Notes under the pieces: generated by a model | What the model was told of the DNA's origin: nothing | Database searches by the model: none | Seen by the model: the letters and a program-made list of their open reading frames with translations, nothing else | In this document: piece after piece, positions 48,962-62,024 of the stretch | Layout of the letters: every line of letters starts with the position of its first letter | Numbering within the stretch: the first letter of the stretch is position 1 | Made by a program: the position numbers and the translations under genes | NCBI RefSeq assembly: GCF_000143415.4 | Contig: NW_003314301.1 | Span: 990,702-1,054,701, forward strand | From: Selaginella moellendorffii | Taxonomy: Eukaryota; Plantae; Lycopodiophyta | Reading direction: 5' to 3' | DNA length: 64,000 bases

Positions 48962-50708
48962 TCATTCACACAAGGAAGCGCCATTCCCTGGCCGGGTGCA
49001 AATTAGATAAGCAAGCTCTCCATGTCCTTCGTCTCTCTTTGGAGATTCTATAGGGCGCTCCAGGGAACGAATATCTTCCAGTTTATCAATGCCTAAAGCC
49101 TCCAAAAGCTCTGTGCTACCAACAACGTAGCTGCAAACCACACAAACAAATGCCTTAGGACTACTATTCGTGAGAAAGAAGAAATCAATCTGTCTTACCT
49201 TGATAGATTCATGCCTTCCGGTGGGGGAAACTCGTAGAGCAAACGATGCAGCAATGCTCCTCCAGATTTCTGGGGAACAAAGATAACTGCATTTGGTCCA
49301 GCATCAAAAGTGTATGCTGCCTAGCAGTTCTCACACCAATCAACCACAAGTCACGAAATCGAGATCGAAAAATACCTGAGGACTCCCTTCGGACTTGTTC
49401 CAGCGCTCCACGAGACCAATGATCCTTCTGGAGGTGTCGTTCATGTAGAAAATTGGTGGAGAGGTGTCGAGGCAAGTTGCATGGAACTGGTTGCTGTCCG
49501 CGCAAGTCAACTTGGCGAAGGAAGAGAAATCGCGTTTGGACAAAGCTTCTTCCATCTCAGTGATTCTCTTTGGCACTACTTCCTGTTTGGGAATATAAAC
49601 TTACATATGCCAGGACGTCAAAAATCGAGAGAGAAAAAATCACCTTGGCTCGATAATGTAGGAGTGGACTTGTCTGGACGGACTCTTGCATGCCCGATGT
49701 ACTGCTCACTTCTTTCTGCCGCGAACTCACCTAGAAATAAAAATCACAATAGCTACACTCGAGAACTTTCCAAGCTTCACACTTACCACACAAATCACAA
49801 TCCGAAGATCATCCCACTCGTGATGCTCTGCAAGCGGAACAGCAATGCTATCTTTTCCATCGTCCCTCTTTACAGCACACAAAAATGCATGTTAGTATCA
49901 AAGTTTTTCAAGGAAAAAACAAGTACCTTTCCCATCTCCCACTTGACAAATCCTCCATGGAGACTGCGGCAGGCGCTACCGGAACCACGCCTGTAGCAGC
50001 AAAAGTTTGCTCCAAAACACTCCATTCAGTGAATGGCTTTACCGAGCGATCGTAGAAAGCTCCCCTGGAAACGACTCCTTGATCCCCATAAGCTGAGCAA
50101 CGGTGAACACTGTAGGGAAGAAAACAAAGAAAAAACCCAGTGTCAGTCAGGATATATCTCACAGAAATTTCTTTCTGCTTTTCTTCTTACCAAGACAAGC
50201 AAATCCAGCTGCTGATGAAGCTAATCCAGCAGCGGTAGGAAAGTTGTTTTTCGAAACGATGTGAAGCTTGAGATGTTTCCAATCCTCCTTTGTAATCACG
50301 ATCCCAGTTTTCTCGTCTTTGACATCGGTGGCTCTATCACGAAGCTCTTTGAGGCAGCTCACGTATCTATGGCTCGACAAAGAAACCTCCTGCGATAACA
50401 GAAAGAAAGAAATTATGAAAGAATTTCGATGGATCGAGAGAAAGAAAAAGGATGTGTCGATCTCGAGGAGCCTGGATCTGAGAGACGCTCACCTTGTCAT
50501 TGAGCCATAGCCTATCAGCATCGAAATCCGGGCTCGTAGAGACCGTGGTAGTCGCGGAGAGATCGTTCGGATCCAGCGTGACACTGATGCTGGAATTCAG
50601 CGGGAGGATGAGATCCTCGTCGCGCTTACCCCAGTACTTGATCACCGCGATGTTGCTTGGAGCTCGCGCGGTTCGTGACACGATCCAGGCGCTCCCATCG
50701 GTCCCCAT
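48962..50708 (-). CDS. MVD: Diphosphomevalonate decarboxylase
   Basis: [44 protein letters not shown] and YTFDAGPN. Multi-exon, stop TGA at 48962-64. Confidence 0.95.
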
Positions 50709-50801
50709 TTGCTAGGAATCGATTAGGGTTCTAGCGCATTTCCTTTCCTCTCTTTACTAAATCTAAAACCCTAGCCAAGATCTCTAGGGCAGAGCGGGGA
50801 A

Positions 50802-51981
50802 ATGGACGATCCCATAGATCGTGTGGAGATTTCCGGATCCACATTGGCCATGGCGCTGCGCGAGCTGGGATCACACACAGACACCGACGGGCTGCTCTTC
50901 GGCCGATTGCACACCAGATCCATCCAGAATTTCCAAGACGATGGCGATTCCCCTGCGGCGCCCAGCCGCCGCGAGGAGCACACGGCGATCATCACCGGCT
51001 GCTGCTGCTCAGGTACGCTCATGAGCTTCTACGATGCCGCCGGGGAGCTGGACGATCGGAAGCTGGAGCGCCTTGTCGGGAATCGCCAGAAGTGGGGCGG
51101 GGACACGATCATTGGCTGGCTCCTCGGCCGCAGGAGCTCCTCAATGCGGCCATCGATGCGAGAGGCCGCCGTCACTGCGAACCTCAACGCCAGGAATCCA
51201 GCCTCTCCAGCTCCATCGCTCGATCGGGAGAAAAAAATACTAGACAACTCCAACTCCTCCATCGATCTGGGCTTGCCCTACGCTACCTCCAGCAGGAGTA
51301 GCAGCATTAGCGACTCTTTCATCGATCGCCAGGAGGAAAAGCTGGGCGATGCTCCAGCATTGTCGCCGTGTTTGTTCCTCCTCCTCACGGAGACCACGGC
51401 AGAGAACTCGATCCAGACGCACGAGTACCGGGCATTCCAGTTCCAGCGCCAGACACGGCAGTTCCATCCTCGGCTTTTGGTCGTGAGAAACGTTGGAAGA
51501 GCAGGGAGATCATCCGAGCAAGGTGGCTTGTATGGAAGCTTTGTTCCAGTGTCTCCGCTGCCTTGGTTCTCCACGAGCTTTGGGAGCTCTTCCACGATAG
51601 GCGAGGAGGAAGAGGTTGATAGCTGGAGGAGTTCCTCCGGGACTGGTGGAAGGGGGGAGAGATCTTCTTCCTCGCTGCGGCAGCAGCAGCAGCAAGCGCT
51701 GCTCGGCATGTACGCCGAGGGATTCAGCATCGACCAGCTCCAAAACGTTTCCAGATGCGGTGGTAGCGTCCAGGAGATCGAGCTCCTCTACTCGAGAATG
51801 CTGGCCAAGATGCAAAAGATCGCCTACGAAGTTCGACAAAGCTCCGAGGCTGTCCAGGTACGTCATCCATGCTTTTCTCTCGTTTCTCTTCATGATCAAT
51901 GCGACTGATGAGTTTTTCGTGCTCTCGCAGGAAAAGATGACGAAGATTGCGAAGCTCAGAGCTTCTCAAGATCATTTGTGA
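50802..51981 (+). CDS. Abraxas/FAM175 (BRCA1-A/BRISC subunit)-like MPN- protein
   Basis: ISGSTLA...DGLLFG, SFYDAAG and IIGW...RR...RPSMRE motifs, followed by a C-terminal coiled coil. Intron at 51858-51930. Confidence 0.8.
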
Positions 51982-52377
51982 CTACCGTCTCTTATATATT
52001 TACCCTCTTCGTTTCGTTATTTTTCTCGAGCAGGGTTTTTCAGGCTGCTCGCATGACGAGATTAAATTTGTGTGAAGAAGAAAACAGTCGTTGGTTCACG
52101 TAAAAAGGTGGCGACCATTATTTAGGTGTCGAATCTAATTCCAAACCAACTTTTTCTACTTTGACCACAAAGTCAAGGTGGTAAAAAGAGACGCTGCGAC
52201 CCCTCAAATTGAAAGGGATTTTTCGATCGCTTTGGTAACTCAAAATACATTGATCGTTCGAAAGCTGAGATTAGCGTTCCTGTTTCAGATATTAGCACAC
52301 TTCACAACTAGTATATAAACTTCGGCCCCCAAACCCAATTCCATCAACTTGACTCACAGCTCAAAAGCGAAAGAGAG

Positions 52378-53526
52378 ATGGCTTCTTCTACTTTCGCTGC
52401 TCTGGCAATCTTTGCTGTTTTGTTTGCTGCATTGCTCTCTCACTCCGCTGCAATCCGATCCCCGAAGCAGGACTCATTCTGCCCCACCGCAGTCTTCACC
52501 TTTGCAGATTCTCTCAGCGATGGCGGCAACCGCGACATCGAAGGCGGCGGCAAGACTCTCTCCGGCATGTATCCCTACGGCGTCACCTACGGAAGGCCCA
52601 CCGGACGCTACTCCGATGGTCTCGTCATCCCCGACTTCCTGATCCAGAAGCTCCACCTCGAGAACCTCGGCATCCCCAGCCTCGAGTTCAATGGCACCGA
52701 GTTCGTCAGCCTCAACTTCGGATACGCCGGAGCCACGGTGATCAAGGTCGAGAACCAGCCCTTCTCGAGCCCCCACATCTTCTCGGCCCAGGTTGACGAC
52801 TTCGTGCGTCACCGCGACACGGTCGTGCGCGAATACGGCCGCGAGGATAGCGATCCATGGTACCAGAACGCGCTCTACATGGTCGAGATCGGAGGTGACG
52901 ATATCAACTTCGGGCTGCCGCTGGGAGGCGGCTACGTGATCAATGTCACCATTCCGGCCGTGATCCAGGGCCTGGCTGATGGAATCCACAACTTGTACAC
53001 ACACGGAGCTCGCCGTGTCTTGCTCTACAACATGCCCCGTGCCGATTGCTCGCCAAACTATCTCCAGTCCTTCCTGCAGTACCCCGAGGGGATGTTCCAC
53101 TACGACAAGGATGGTTGCATCGTCGAGATTGCCCAGATTATCTCCTACTTCAACGCACAACTCCATGCTTTGGCGACGGACCTCACGGCAAAGTATCCCG
53201 ATCTCACTGTCTACTACTTCGATTGGTTTGCCGCCAACACCTATGTTTTGGAGAACATGGACGAGTTTGGCTTCACGAACTCGCTCCAGTCGTGCTGCGG
53301 CGGCGGCGGCAAGTTTAACTGCAATGGAGATGGGCTTTGCGGGTGCGCTCCATTGAACCAGACCGATGCTGTTTACACGGTGTGTAAGGATCCCAGCAAA
53401 TACTTCACTTTTGATGGTATTCACTACACAGAGCACTTCTACAACATCATGTCCGACTTTATCATTGCCGGAGACTATATCTCGCCCATGGTTAAGCTGG
53501 ACCAGGGATGCAAGGTCATAGTCTAA
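52378..53526 (+). CDS. Secreted GDSL/SGNH esterase-lipase (intronless)
   Basis: Signal peptide, FADSLSDGG block I, PTGRYSDG and FDGIHYTE (DxxH). Confidence 0.92.
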   Translation: MASSTFAALAIFAVLFAALLSHSAAIRSPKQDSFCPTAVFTFADSLSDGGNRDIEGGGKTLSGMYPYGVTYGRPTGRYSDGLVIPDFLIQKLHLENLGIPSLEFNGTEFVSLNFGYAGATVIKVENQPFSSPHIFSAQVDDFVRHRDTVVREYGREDSDPWYQNALYMVEIGGDDINFGLPLGGGYVINVTIPAVIQGLADGIHNLYTHGARRVLLYNMPRADCSPNYLQSFLQYPEGMFHYDKDGCIVEIAQIISYFNAQLHALATDLTAKYPDLTVYYFDWFAANTYVLENMDEFGFTNSLQSCCGGGGKFNCNGDGLCGCAPLNQTDAVYTVCKDPSKYFTFDGIHYTEHFYNIMSDFIIAGDYISPMVKLDQGCKVIV

Positions 53527-53938
53527 CTATGGGTGATTTGTCATTTTTATGCTAATCTCACAACCACAAACACCTCATATAAAGCAATGTAACCACTAAT
53601 CACTAATCATTAATCAATTATTTTACTTTGGAGACTATATCTCGCCTATATCTATAGCTGGACAAAGGTTGCAAGGTCATAGTCTAACGTGATTGTATTG
53701 TCATAGTGTGCTAGCACAAGCATCTCACAACCACGAACACCTCATAGCTAATCAATTTTCTATACACAACTAGATTGAAAACCCACGTTCTTATTATGTG
53801 ATCAAAACACCCCTCAACTCCTTCTCTGGGTTTATATCAACGGCTGGGATCACAGATTTGGACGGCTGAGATGTGAATTTTCAAAAGCGCAAATGCTCTT
53901 TTATTCTTTAGGTTGGATTTGACGCTAAGGCTTTGGCT

Positions 53939-55003
53939 ATGGCGACGCCGCCGATGGCGAGCTTGTGTGGCTGCCACGCCTCGATTAGGGTGAGTGAAAA
54001 TCTTTGTCCCGTCCAGCTGTGGGAGCGCATTTGTGATTACGGTGCTGCATTGTTCTTCAGGATCGAAGTGGCGGCGGACTCTTGCTGCGGTCGAATTTCA
54101 CACAATCTTTCAGGTTCTCGGCTTCCAGTTCCGTGCCCGCGCAAACACAGAAGAGGAAGCGGTGCATTGTCACAGCCAAGAATGATCCATTCGTCGAGCC
54201 ACCAGCGGTTCTAGGTGAGCCGAAAGCTTAGCAGTTTATGTTTGTTTTGTGTTGTTTTCTTAGAACAAGAACTCTCAAGTTTGTTTGCTACTTTTTTTCC
54301 TTCCAGATCGCTTTCGCCTCCACAACCTGGCTCCACAACCCGGATCCAGGCACAAGAACAAACGAAAGGGACGAGGACACTCAGCCGGACAAGGTGGAAG
54401 CTGTGGCTTTGGTATGCGAGGACAGAAATCGCGAGCGGGGCCTAAAGTAAGGCCGGGATTCGAAGGAGGCCAAATGCCTCTCTATCGCCGTCTACCAAAG
54501 TTGAAAGGAATCGCTGGAGGTAAAGCTTCTTCCATCGATCAGTCTAGTAGTTATTCTCGAGTTTCTACTCCTTCCACCTTACAGGCATGCGTGCTGGTGT
54601 TCCAAAGTACGTTGCCGTCAACATAAGAGACATTGCCACGCATTTTAACGATGGCGAGGAAGTGTCACTGGAAACTCTCACGAGCAAACGTATCATCAAT
54701 CCCTCCGGAAAGGAGAAAAAGCTTCCACTAAAGGTATAGCATAAACAGTTTCGCTACTATACATCGTTGTTTCCACAGGTTTTGGGAGATCTCGGCGATC
54801 TCCAGGACTCGAGCATAAAGAAACTGTCGATCAAAGCTAGATCATTCTCAGCGTCCGCCAAAGTGAAGCTCGAGGCAGCCGGATGCACGCTGATCACACT
54901 TCCCGGCAGGAAGAAGTGGGTCAGCGCTTCAGTGTCCAAGAACATCAAGCGAGCGGAAGAATACTTTGCGAAGAAAAAAGGCCTTGTAACTTCTGAGACG
55001 TAA
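53939..55003 (+). CDS. RPL15: Plastid 50S ribosomal protein L15
   Basis: Transit-peptide exons, then [13 protein letters not shown]...[23 protein letters not shown]...[16 protein letters not shown]. Confidence 0.93.
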
Positions 55004-55169
55004 GATGATGTAAGTTAGCGTGCCAAGGCACGATTTTTACGTGTCCTCTCTGTCATGCTTGCGTATCTTTCCTGTTTTCAATATCTTGTAACGACTTTCA
55101 ACTTTATTTTATAAAACAGATTTTTAGATTGTGTTGCTTTCAATCATGGTGACATTGGTGTTGCAAAAT

Positions 55170-57019
55170 TCACTTGATTGCAGCACTATTTAACATCGCA
55201 ATCGTGTTGTAGTATTTGCCTGCAAGAAAGCTCTTGAACCACTTGGCCGATTCCTTGGGGTACCTCGTCAAGTTGTCATGGCGATCAACATAGTAGAGAC
55301 CATACCTCCAAGTAAAACCATTCGTCCATTCCCAGTTATCACAGAGTGACCACACGAAATAGCCTCGGATCGTGCTTCCCTTTCGGATAGCCGTGAGCAT
55401 CGCGTCGACGTATCCGCTTATGTAGTTGATCCTGGTAAGATCACCCAAGTTGCTCGAGTTCGTCAGGGAATCGACAGCGTCGCTAATCCCTGAAAATAGC
55501 GTGAAACAAACCAGATGTGAGTGTAAGGGATTTTTGTCCCAGCAGGGACGGGCCACTGACCATTTTCGGTGATGAAAACTCGTGGATTCTTGTATCTCAC
55601 GCGAATGTAGCCCAGCAGCTTTTCAAATCCCCAGGGAACAACGTTGATACCATTCACCTGTGGGCCTAGAGAGACTCCATCCTTTTGAGCTGTGAGGCAA
55701 AGAAAAGAAAAAAGGTCGCTGGCACGTATCAATCAAACACGAGGCAAAGAATCATAGAAGGAAATCTACAAACGTACCTAGAAGCCGGACATTGTGATCT
55801 TTGTAATAGCCCACGAGTGAAAGAGGAAAATCCAGGCCCGTGGTCGCGTAGTTTGTAGTGTAGTGATTTACTCCAAGAAAATCGAGAGATCCCTGGACAA
55901 GAGCTTTGTCCTCGACGCTGAATCGTGGAAGCCGGTCTCCAACCAACCGGCGCATGGAATCCGGATAATCCCCAAAGAAGATCGGGTCCAAGATCCATCC
56001 CACCTCGAAATCCCTTGCCCGCTGCGCCGCTTCCTCATCGCTCCGGGAGCTCGTCAGCGGCTCATACCAGCTCGCATCGATCGCGATCCCGATCGACCCG
56101 CCCTGGTGCTGGAACCTGGAGCGGTAGATCCCCACGGCGGCGGCGTGCGCGAGCAAGAAATTGTGCACGACGAGGTAGGCCTCCGTGGAGGAGTTCCCCG
56201 CTGCGCAGCCCCTGGGATACTCCTGAGAGCATCGCCCAGGCGCAAGAAGTCCAATAATGTAAGCGAAATTCGCCTGGAGATGGGGCTCGTTGAGCGTGAT
56301 CCAGTTCTTCACACGGTCGCCAAAGAGAGAGAAGCATAGCTCGGCATATTCCGCGAAGTCCTTCCTGGGAATATTTCGTCAGCGCCAGAGAGCACATCCC
56401 GTCAGATTCGTACCTTATGCGCGGGCTCAGCCACGAGCCGTACTCTTCGTCCAGCGCGAGCGGTGTGTCGCTGTGAAGAATCGTCACGAATGGTGTAATC
56501 CCTTTCTCGATCAGTCTGTCGATCAGTCGATTGTAGTGGGCCACTCCTTCGGGATTGATCTTGCGATCTGCGAGATGACCGATCAGCTCTGGAACAACAA
56601 CAGATACTTGAAAGAGTACCGGGGAAAATTCTGCTCCAAGATATCGAGAATCGGTAAGCATCCGTACCGAGATCCACCATGAGGTCGATATCGTCCTCGA
56701 ATCGGTGGTACTGGTCGATAGCCACATCCCCGGACGTGGAATCGACAATCTTTCCTGGAATTTTCGCGAATTCATCCCAAATGGATGCCTTCCTTCCTCC
56801 TGTCGTCGCCGCGCCTTCATACTGTGGAAGCATTGGAGGATTGACACGAGAAATCGCGAGAGGAATTCGAGAGATTTCTACCTGGTAGGACGATGCCGCT
56901 GTGCCGAAGTGAAATCCTGCGGGAAAATCTCTCCTGGAGAGCGCCGGGGCAGCGCGGACGCAGTGGAGATTAATCCACATTGTCCCAAATGCGAGCAATA
57001 GAGTGGAAATCTCCATCAT
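55170..57019 (-). CDS. Glycoside hydrolase family 1 beta-glucosidase
   Basis: FHFGTAASSYQ, YRFSISWSRIFP, TLNEP (acid/base), ITENG (nucleophile) and WSLCDNWEW. Confidence 0.93.
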
Positions 57020-57181
57020 GCTGGGTTCCAGTCAGTAGTGCCTGCCTTTTATGCTTTGGCCAGATAAAACAACGGTATACTACCAGTTAGTCAAAAAGTT
57101 TTAACCCTTTCATTTGACCCCGTATTTCGCGAGGCTTCTTTTTACCCTTGTTAGGGTTTCGGGGCGATTAGGGCTTTTGCC

Positions 57182-57519
57182 ATGGAGAAGAAAGAGGAGA
57201 CGAAGGAGGAGAAGACGCCGACGCCACAGGAGCCGCCAGTTCCTCGCTCCTGCCGCAAGAGATCCAATCCAGATGCGTCCTTCATCCAGGACGTGAGGGA
57301 TCACTTGGACGAGTTCATGAGCGCGTCCATGGAGGATCACAAGAATTGCTTCATGAACACGCTCGGCAAGGTAGAAATCTCTGTGATCTTCCGATCGTTG
57401 GCGAGTAATCCTCCATCGCTCCTTCTCTGCAGATGTTTGGAAAGCCGGCCCCCAAACAGGAGGCCGCGTCGAGCAGCAGTCCGCCGATCGAGGGCGTTCT
57501 TGCGACCACATCGAAGTAG
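57182..57519 (+). CDS. Small conserved plant protein of unknown function
   Basis: Two exons (intron 57371-57432), with the motif RDHLDEFMSASMEDHKNCF...MFG. Confidence 0.7.
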
Positions 57520-57726
57520 GTGCTCGCTCTATCGAGGTAAAATTTCCCCGCGCGTGGAGAGATTTCTTGGTGGCAACACTTGGATTTCTTTCAGGGGCAA
57601 GAGCAAGAGCAAGGAATGAGAGGAGAAATTTTTCTTGTGAATACACAACTCGAGGGATAGCGCTATGTTTTAATCAATAAAGAAGCTTTTCTTTCTTCTC
57701 ACCTAGGGTTTGTAGGGTTTTAGGCG

Positions 57727-59632
57727 ATGGCGCTCCTGGATCGCTACGAGGTCGCCTCCACTGCGGCTCACATCCAGCAGCACGGATTCTCGCGCGTCGG
57801 TCTCCAGGCAAGAATCTAGCGTAGAATTTGTCGAGCAGAGGCATTGATCTTCTCGAAATCTTAGTTTCCGGATAATCTTCTCGCCGACAGCGTCGCCGTG
57901 ACGAGCGCATTGCAAAGCGCTTGCGGTCCTGGCGTGAGATTCTTTATCATGGCGGACACCACGTTTGGCAGCTGCTGTGTTGACGAGGTCGCGGCCGCTC
58001 ACGTCAATGCCGATTGCGTCGTTCACTATGGCCCGGCTTGCCTTAGCCCGTAAGTTTACTTCTATCATAGAAAATTTTCGAAAGTTCTTTGCTTACGTTG
58101 TTCTGTGCAGTGTGACCAATCTTCCTGCCTACTTTGTGTTCTTAAGAACTCCTTTGGATATAAATACGTGTGGAGAAGTCGTAGCTGACCTTGTTGCTAA
58201 AGACGAACGTCTACTGGTTGGTGTCTCGTTTTCTTAGTTTTTTTCTTTTGTTCTTATCGAAACTGTATCTCTTTTGCTTACAGGTTCTCTATGATCTTGA
58301 GTACGCGCACGCGATTCCAGAGCTGCGAGAAACAGTCCGACAGGAGGCTCCAGAGAACTCAGGCCTGACTTTTGCAGAAATTATTGGCAGGGAACTAAAT
58401 CCTTGCAAGTGTGACAAAGAGCCAATACTCGATAACGATGAACATTCAATAGGTGGCTTGAAATGGAAAGGATCAACGCCGACCAAGATTCTGTGGATTG
58501 GAAAGGAAGGCCCGGCATTGATAAACGTGATGCTCACGTACAACTCTGCTGCCGTAAGTTCTTTCTAAGTTCTTTTGCATTCGTGAGGACCTGACGGGCT
58601 ACTCGCAGACAGTGAGATATGATCCTGCGAGCGGTGAGCAAACTAGCATGTCCAGTCAGAGCTCGACTTTGTGGCGAAGGTATAAAAGCTTTTATTCGCA
58701 GTACCTGATTTTTAATATCGAGTTTTCCAGGTACTATTTAATCGAGCGTGCCAAGGATGCAAACATTGTCGGCATAGTTGTGGGAACACTCGGGGTTGGT
58801 CGGCGTTTTTCCTTATTAGTTGATTGAAGGATGTTTTTTTCTCTAACACCTGTTCTTTCTCGCAGCCGGCTATAAGCAAGCTATACAGAATGTAAAGCAG
58901 ATGGTGAAGAGCGCAGGGAAAAAGTCATACACTCTTGCAGTCGGGAAGCCAAATCCTGCAAAGCTTGCAAACTTTCCCGAGGTATGTCTAGCTACCACTC
59001 GCAAAAGTTTTACTCTTCTTTGAGTAGTGTGATGTGTTTGTCCTTATAGCATGTCCCCAGACGGCGTTAGTAGACAACAAGGAGTTCTTTGCTCCTCTTC
59101 TCACCACATTCGAAGCTCAACTGGCATTTGTGAGGTATGCTCTTGTTTGCGATTAGTATTCATTCAGCTCTAAGCACGTCGAATTTGACAGGGGCAAACA
59201 ATGGACTGGCTCGTACTCCCTCGATTTTCGAGACGTCCAGCTGCCAGCTGATCCGCAAGACTCCACCACGGAAGAAGAGCCACGCTTCTCGTTTATAAGC
59301 GGTGGCTATGTTTCCTCAAGAACTGGTGAGACAAAGCGTTTTTTACTCTTCTCTCAGGTCAATCTTCACTGACGTCATGCTTAGCGGTTGACAACAAGGA
59401 CGAGGAAAGCAGCGGCGATCTTGTCCTGGTGGGCAGTGACTCCTCGTCGATTGGAACTCTTTCGACTGTCGGGAAATCACCAGGAACTAGAACCGCGGCG
59501 GATTTTTTCGCATCCAGAAGCTTTCAAGGTCTGGAATTGGAAGCCAAGAGCACGAAAGTTTCCAAAGACGGCGATTTGAGAGCAGTGACAGGACGAAAAG
59601 GGCGAGCCGCAGTGTACGAAGATGAGCAATAG
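57727..59632 (+). CDS. DPH2: Diphthamide biosynthesis protein 2
   Basis: [56 protein letters not shown] and a C-terminal GRxGxAxxY. The first intron is GC-AG. Confidence 0.9.
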
Positions 59633-59853
59633 GAGTTACACTTTTCCTCGATCTCGGGGAGATCCAATCCCGACCGCTCGTGTGGGGAACGGACGGTCGT
59701 GATACTTTTTATAATGGTATTCCATGGTAGTACACGTGATGGCATTCTCTATCCGGCTTCGGTTAGGGTTTAGGGTTTAGAGCTCCTGGCAGCGGCCAAG
59801 CCCAGCGCGGATTGGCAGCGGCTTGGCGATTCTTGAGCTCCCAGCGCGCGCGC

Positions 59854-61385
59854 ATGGCCGATCAAGCAGGTAGCAAGAATGCACCCGCCGGTAACGCGGC
59901 TTTCTGCGAATCGCCTCAAGTCTACGATAGAGACGCGTCGGCGATCGCCTCGCTGGTCGACAACACGAAGCTGGATGTGAAATCTCCCACGGATGTCTTC
60001 CTCTCGATCACCAAGTCGCTGATTGCCGGTGGCGTCGCGGGCGGAGTGTGAGTAATCTCGGGTCTTTTCCCCCTTGCATGCATTGGTGGAGTGATATTTC
60101 GTGAAATTTCCATCGCTGATCCAGGTCCCGGACGGCCGTTGCCCCCTTGGAGCGCCTAAAGATTCTTCTTCAGGTACTCTCCATGCACTGGGAGACAATG
60201 TGCCACTAACGGTGTGTCGGACAGGTCCAGAATTCCCAGAATGCCCGCTACAAGGGGATGTTTCAGGGGCTGAGGACGATCTGGAACACGGAGGGAGTGA
60301 AGGGATTCTTTATCGGGAATGGCGTCAATTGTGCCCGAATCGTCCCCAACTCGGCCGTGAAGTTTCTAAGCTACGAGCATGCGGCCAAGTAAGTTGCGAC
60401 GCTCGCTTTGTTTCCTTGCCTTTGTTGCGTTGCTGAAGGTTCTTTTCTCTTTTGTCACAGTGCCATCCTCTGGGCGTATCGAAGGGAAACTGGCGATAGT
60501 AAGACCTTGTTTTCTCATCAACTGCGATGACGGTTTCTCATGGTGTTTTTTTGGGATTGCATTGTAGGCGAAGCGGAGCTCAATCCAGTTCTACGCCTGG
60601 GCGCCGGAGCTTGCGCTGGGATCATTGCAATGTCTGCGACTTACCCGATGGACATGATTCGAGGTCGACTAACCGTGCAGGTCTACCTTCTTTTCTCGTT
60701 TGCATGCTGCTAGAACAATTTAATGCTCACGTCGGCGTCTCTACAGACCAAAGGTTCCGAGAGTAGCTACAACGGGATGCTCCACGCGGCAAGGACGATC
60801 GTCAGGATGGAAGGATGGCAAGCGCTATACAAAGGATGGCTCCCGTCTGTGATCGGAGTGGTAAGTTTTCAGTTTTCTGTGCGTGTTTACTTTCACTAAT
60901 GTCTGTTTTCCAGGTGCCTTACGTGGGACTTAACTTCGCCGTCTACGAATCGCTGAAGGACTACATCGTCAAGGAAGAGCCATTCGGACCCGTTCCAGGC
61001 TCAGAGCTTGCTGTTCTCACGAAGCTTGGGTGTGGTGCCGTCGCGGGAGCAACTGGCCAAACCGTGGCATATCCTCTGGATGTCATCCGACGGAGAATGC
61101 AGATGGGAGGGTGGTACACGACAACGATCAACGGACAGAAGGTGCAAGTTCACTACAATGGCATGCTGGACGCATTTTCTCAGACTGTCAAGAAGGAAGG
61201 CTTCACTGCGCTCTACAAAGGCCTGGTTCCCAACTCGGTCAAGGTGGAGTGGCTTGTCTATGTTTTCTCGTATGGCTGGCTACTAACGATTTCATTCCCA
61301 GGTGGTTCCATCCATCGCCTTGGCGTTTGTGACTTACGAGATCATGAAGGACCTGATGACGCTGGAGTACCGTATCACCGACTGA
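59854..61385 (+). CDS. ADNT1: Mitochondrial carrier, adenine nucleotide transporter ADNT1-like
   Basis: Three PxD/ExxK/R carrier signatures (APLERLK, YPMDMIR, YPLDVIRRRMQ), plus KSLIAGGVAGG and LYKGLVPNSVKVVPS. Confidence 0.85.
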
Positions 61386-62024
61386 AAGTGCAGCGGCCCT
61401 CGTTTTTCCTTTTTTTTGACGAGCGCAGAAATCTGGTTAGCTGCTCCCAACGCGGCACCGGGCTGGTTCCTATCACCCTCTTCCTTTCTTTCGTACATTG
61501 TGATCCTTCGGTCGACGAAATTTTCCCATGGCAAAGGTACTTTTTAGTATGCTGATGAAAACGTAGGTGTGAAGCAGTGGGTTCTCGGTGACAAGATACG
61601 TCATGGAAAAAGGACAAAGAACGAGAGGATTAGAATGACAGACCGAGATTGGTAATTTTACAATTCCCCATTGCAATAAAGGAACGAATGAAGTGAAAAT
61701 CGATCGGTGTCAACTCTCGACTCGGTCATGGTATGAGTTTGGTGGGCAAGTAATGACCGCGGCGGTGGGCACGTAAATCAACGCCGGCTTCTTCTCCTGA
61801 TCCGAAGGTTGGCCTTGGGCCGTGAAGTAAGTCGAGAGGTTTGCTCTTTCTTTTCTTTCTTTGTTGTTTGTACATTACTATGACGTCTTTGCTGGATTGA
61901 TGAGCACAGATAAAGAGAAGTGCACACAGAAACGCTTGTAAGGTGTGGTCTTTTGCGTCCTGCAAACAATTTAGTATCTCCGGCGGTGGTGCGTCTTGGT
62001 GCTTGAGGGAGAGGGAGAGGAAGG

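Noticed and set aside
52474-53436. 320-aa antisense ORF, and similar ones at 17042-17920, 8413-8964 and 23999-24553
   Set aside because: Shadow frames of real coding sequence with no recognisable motifs.
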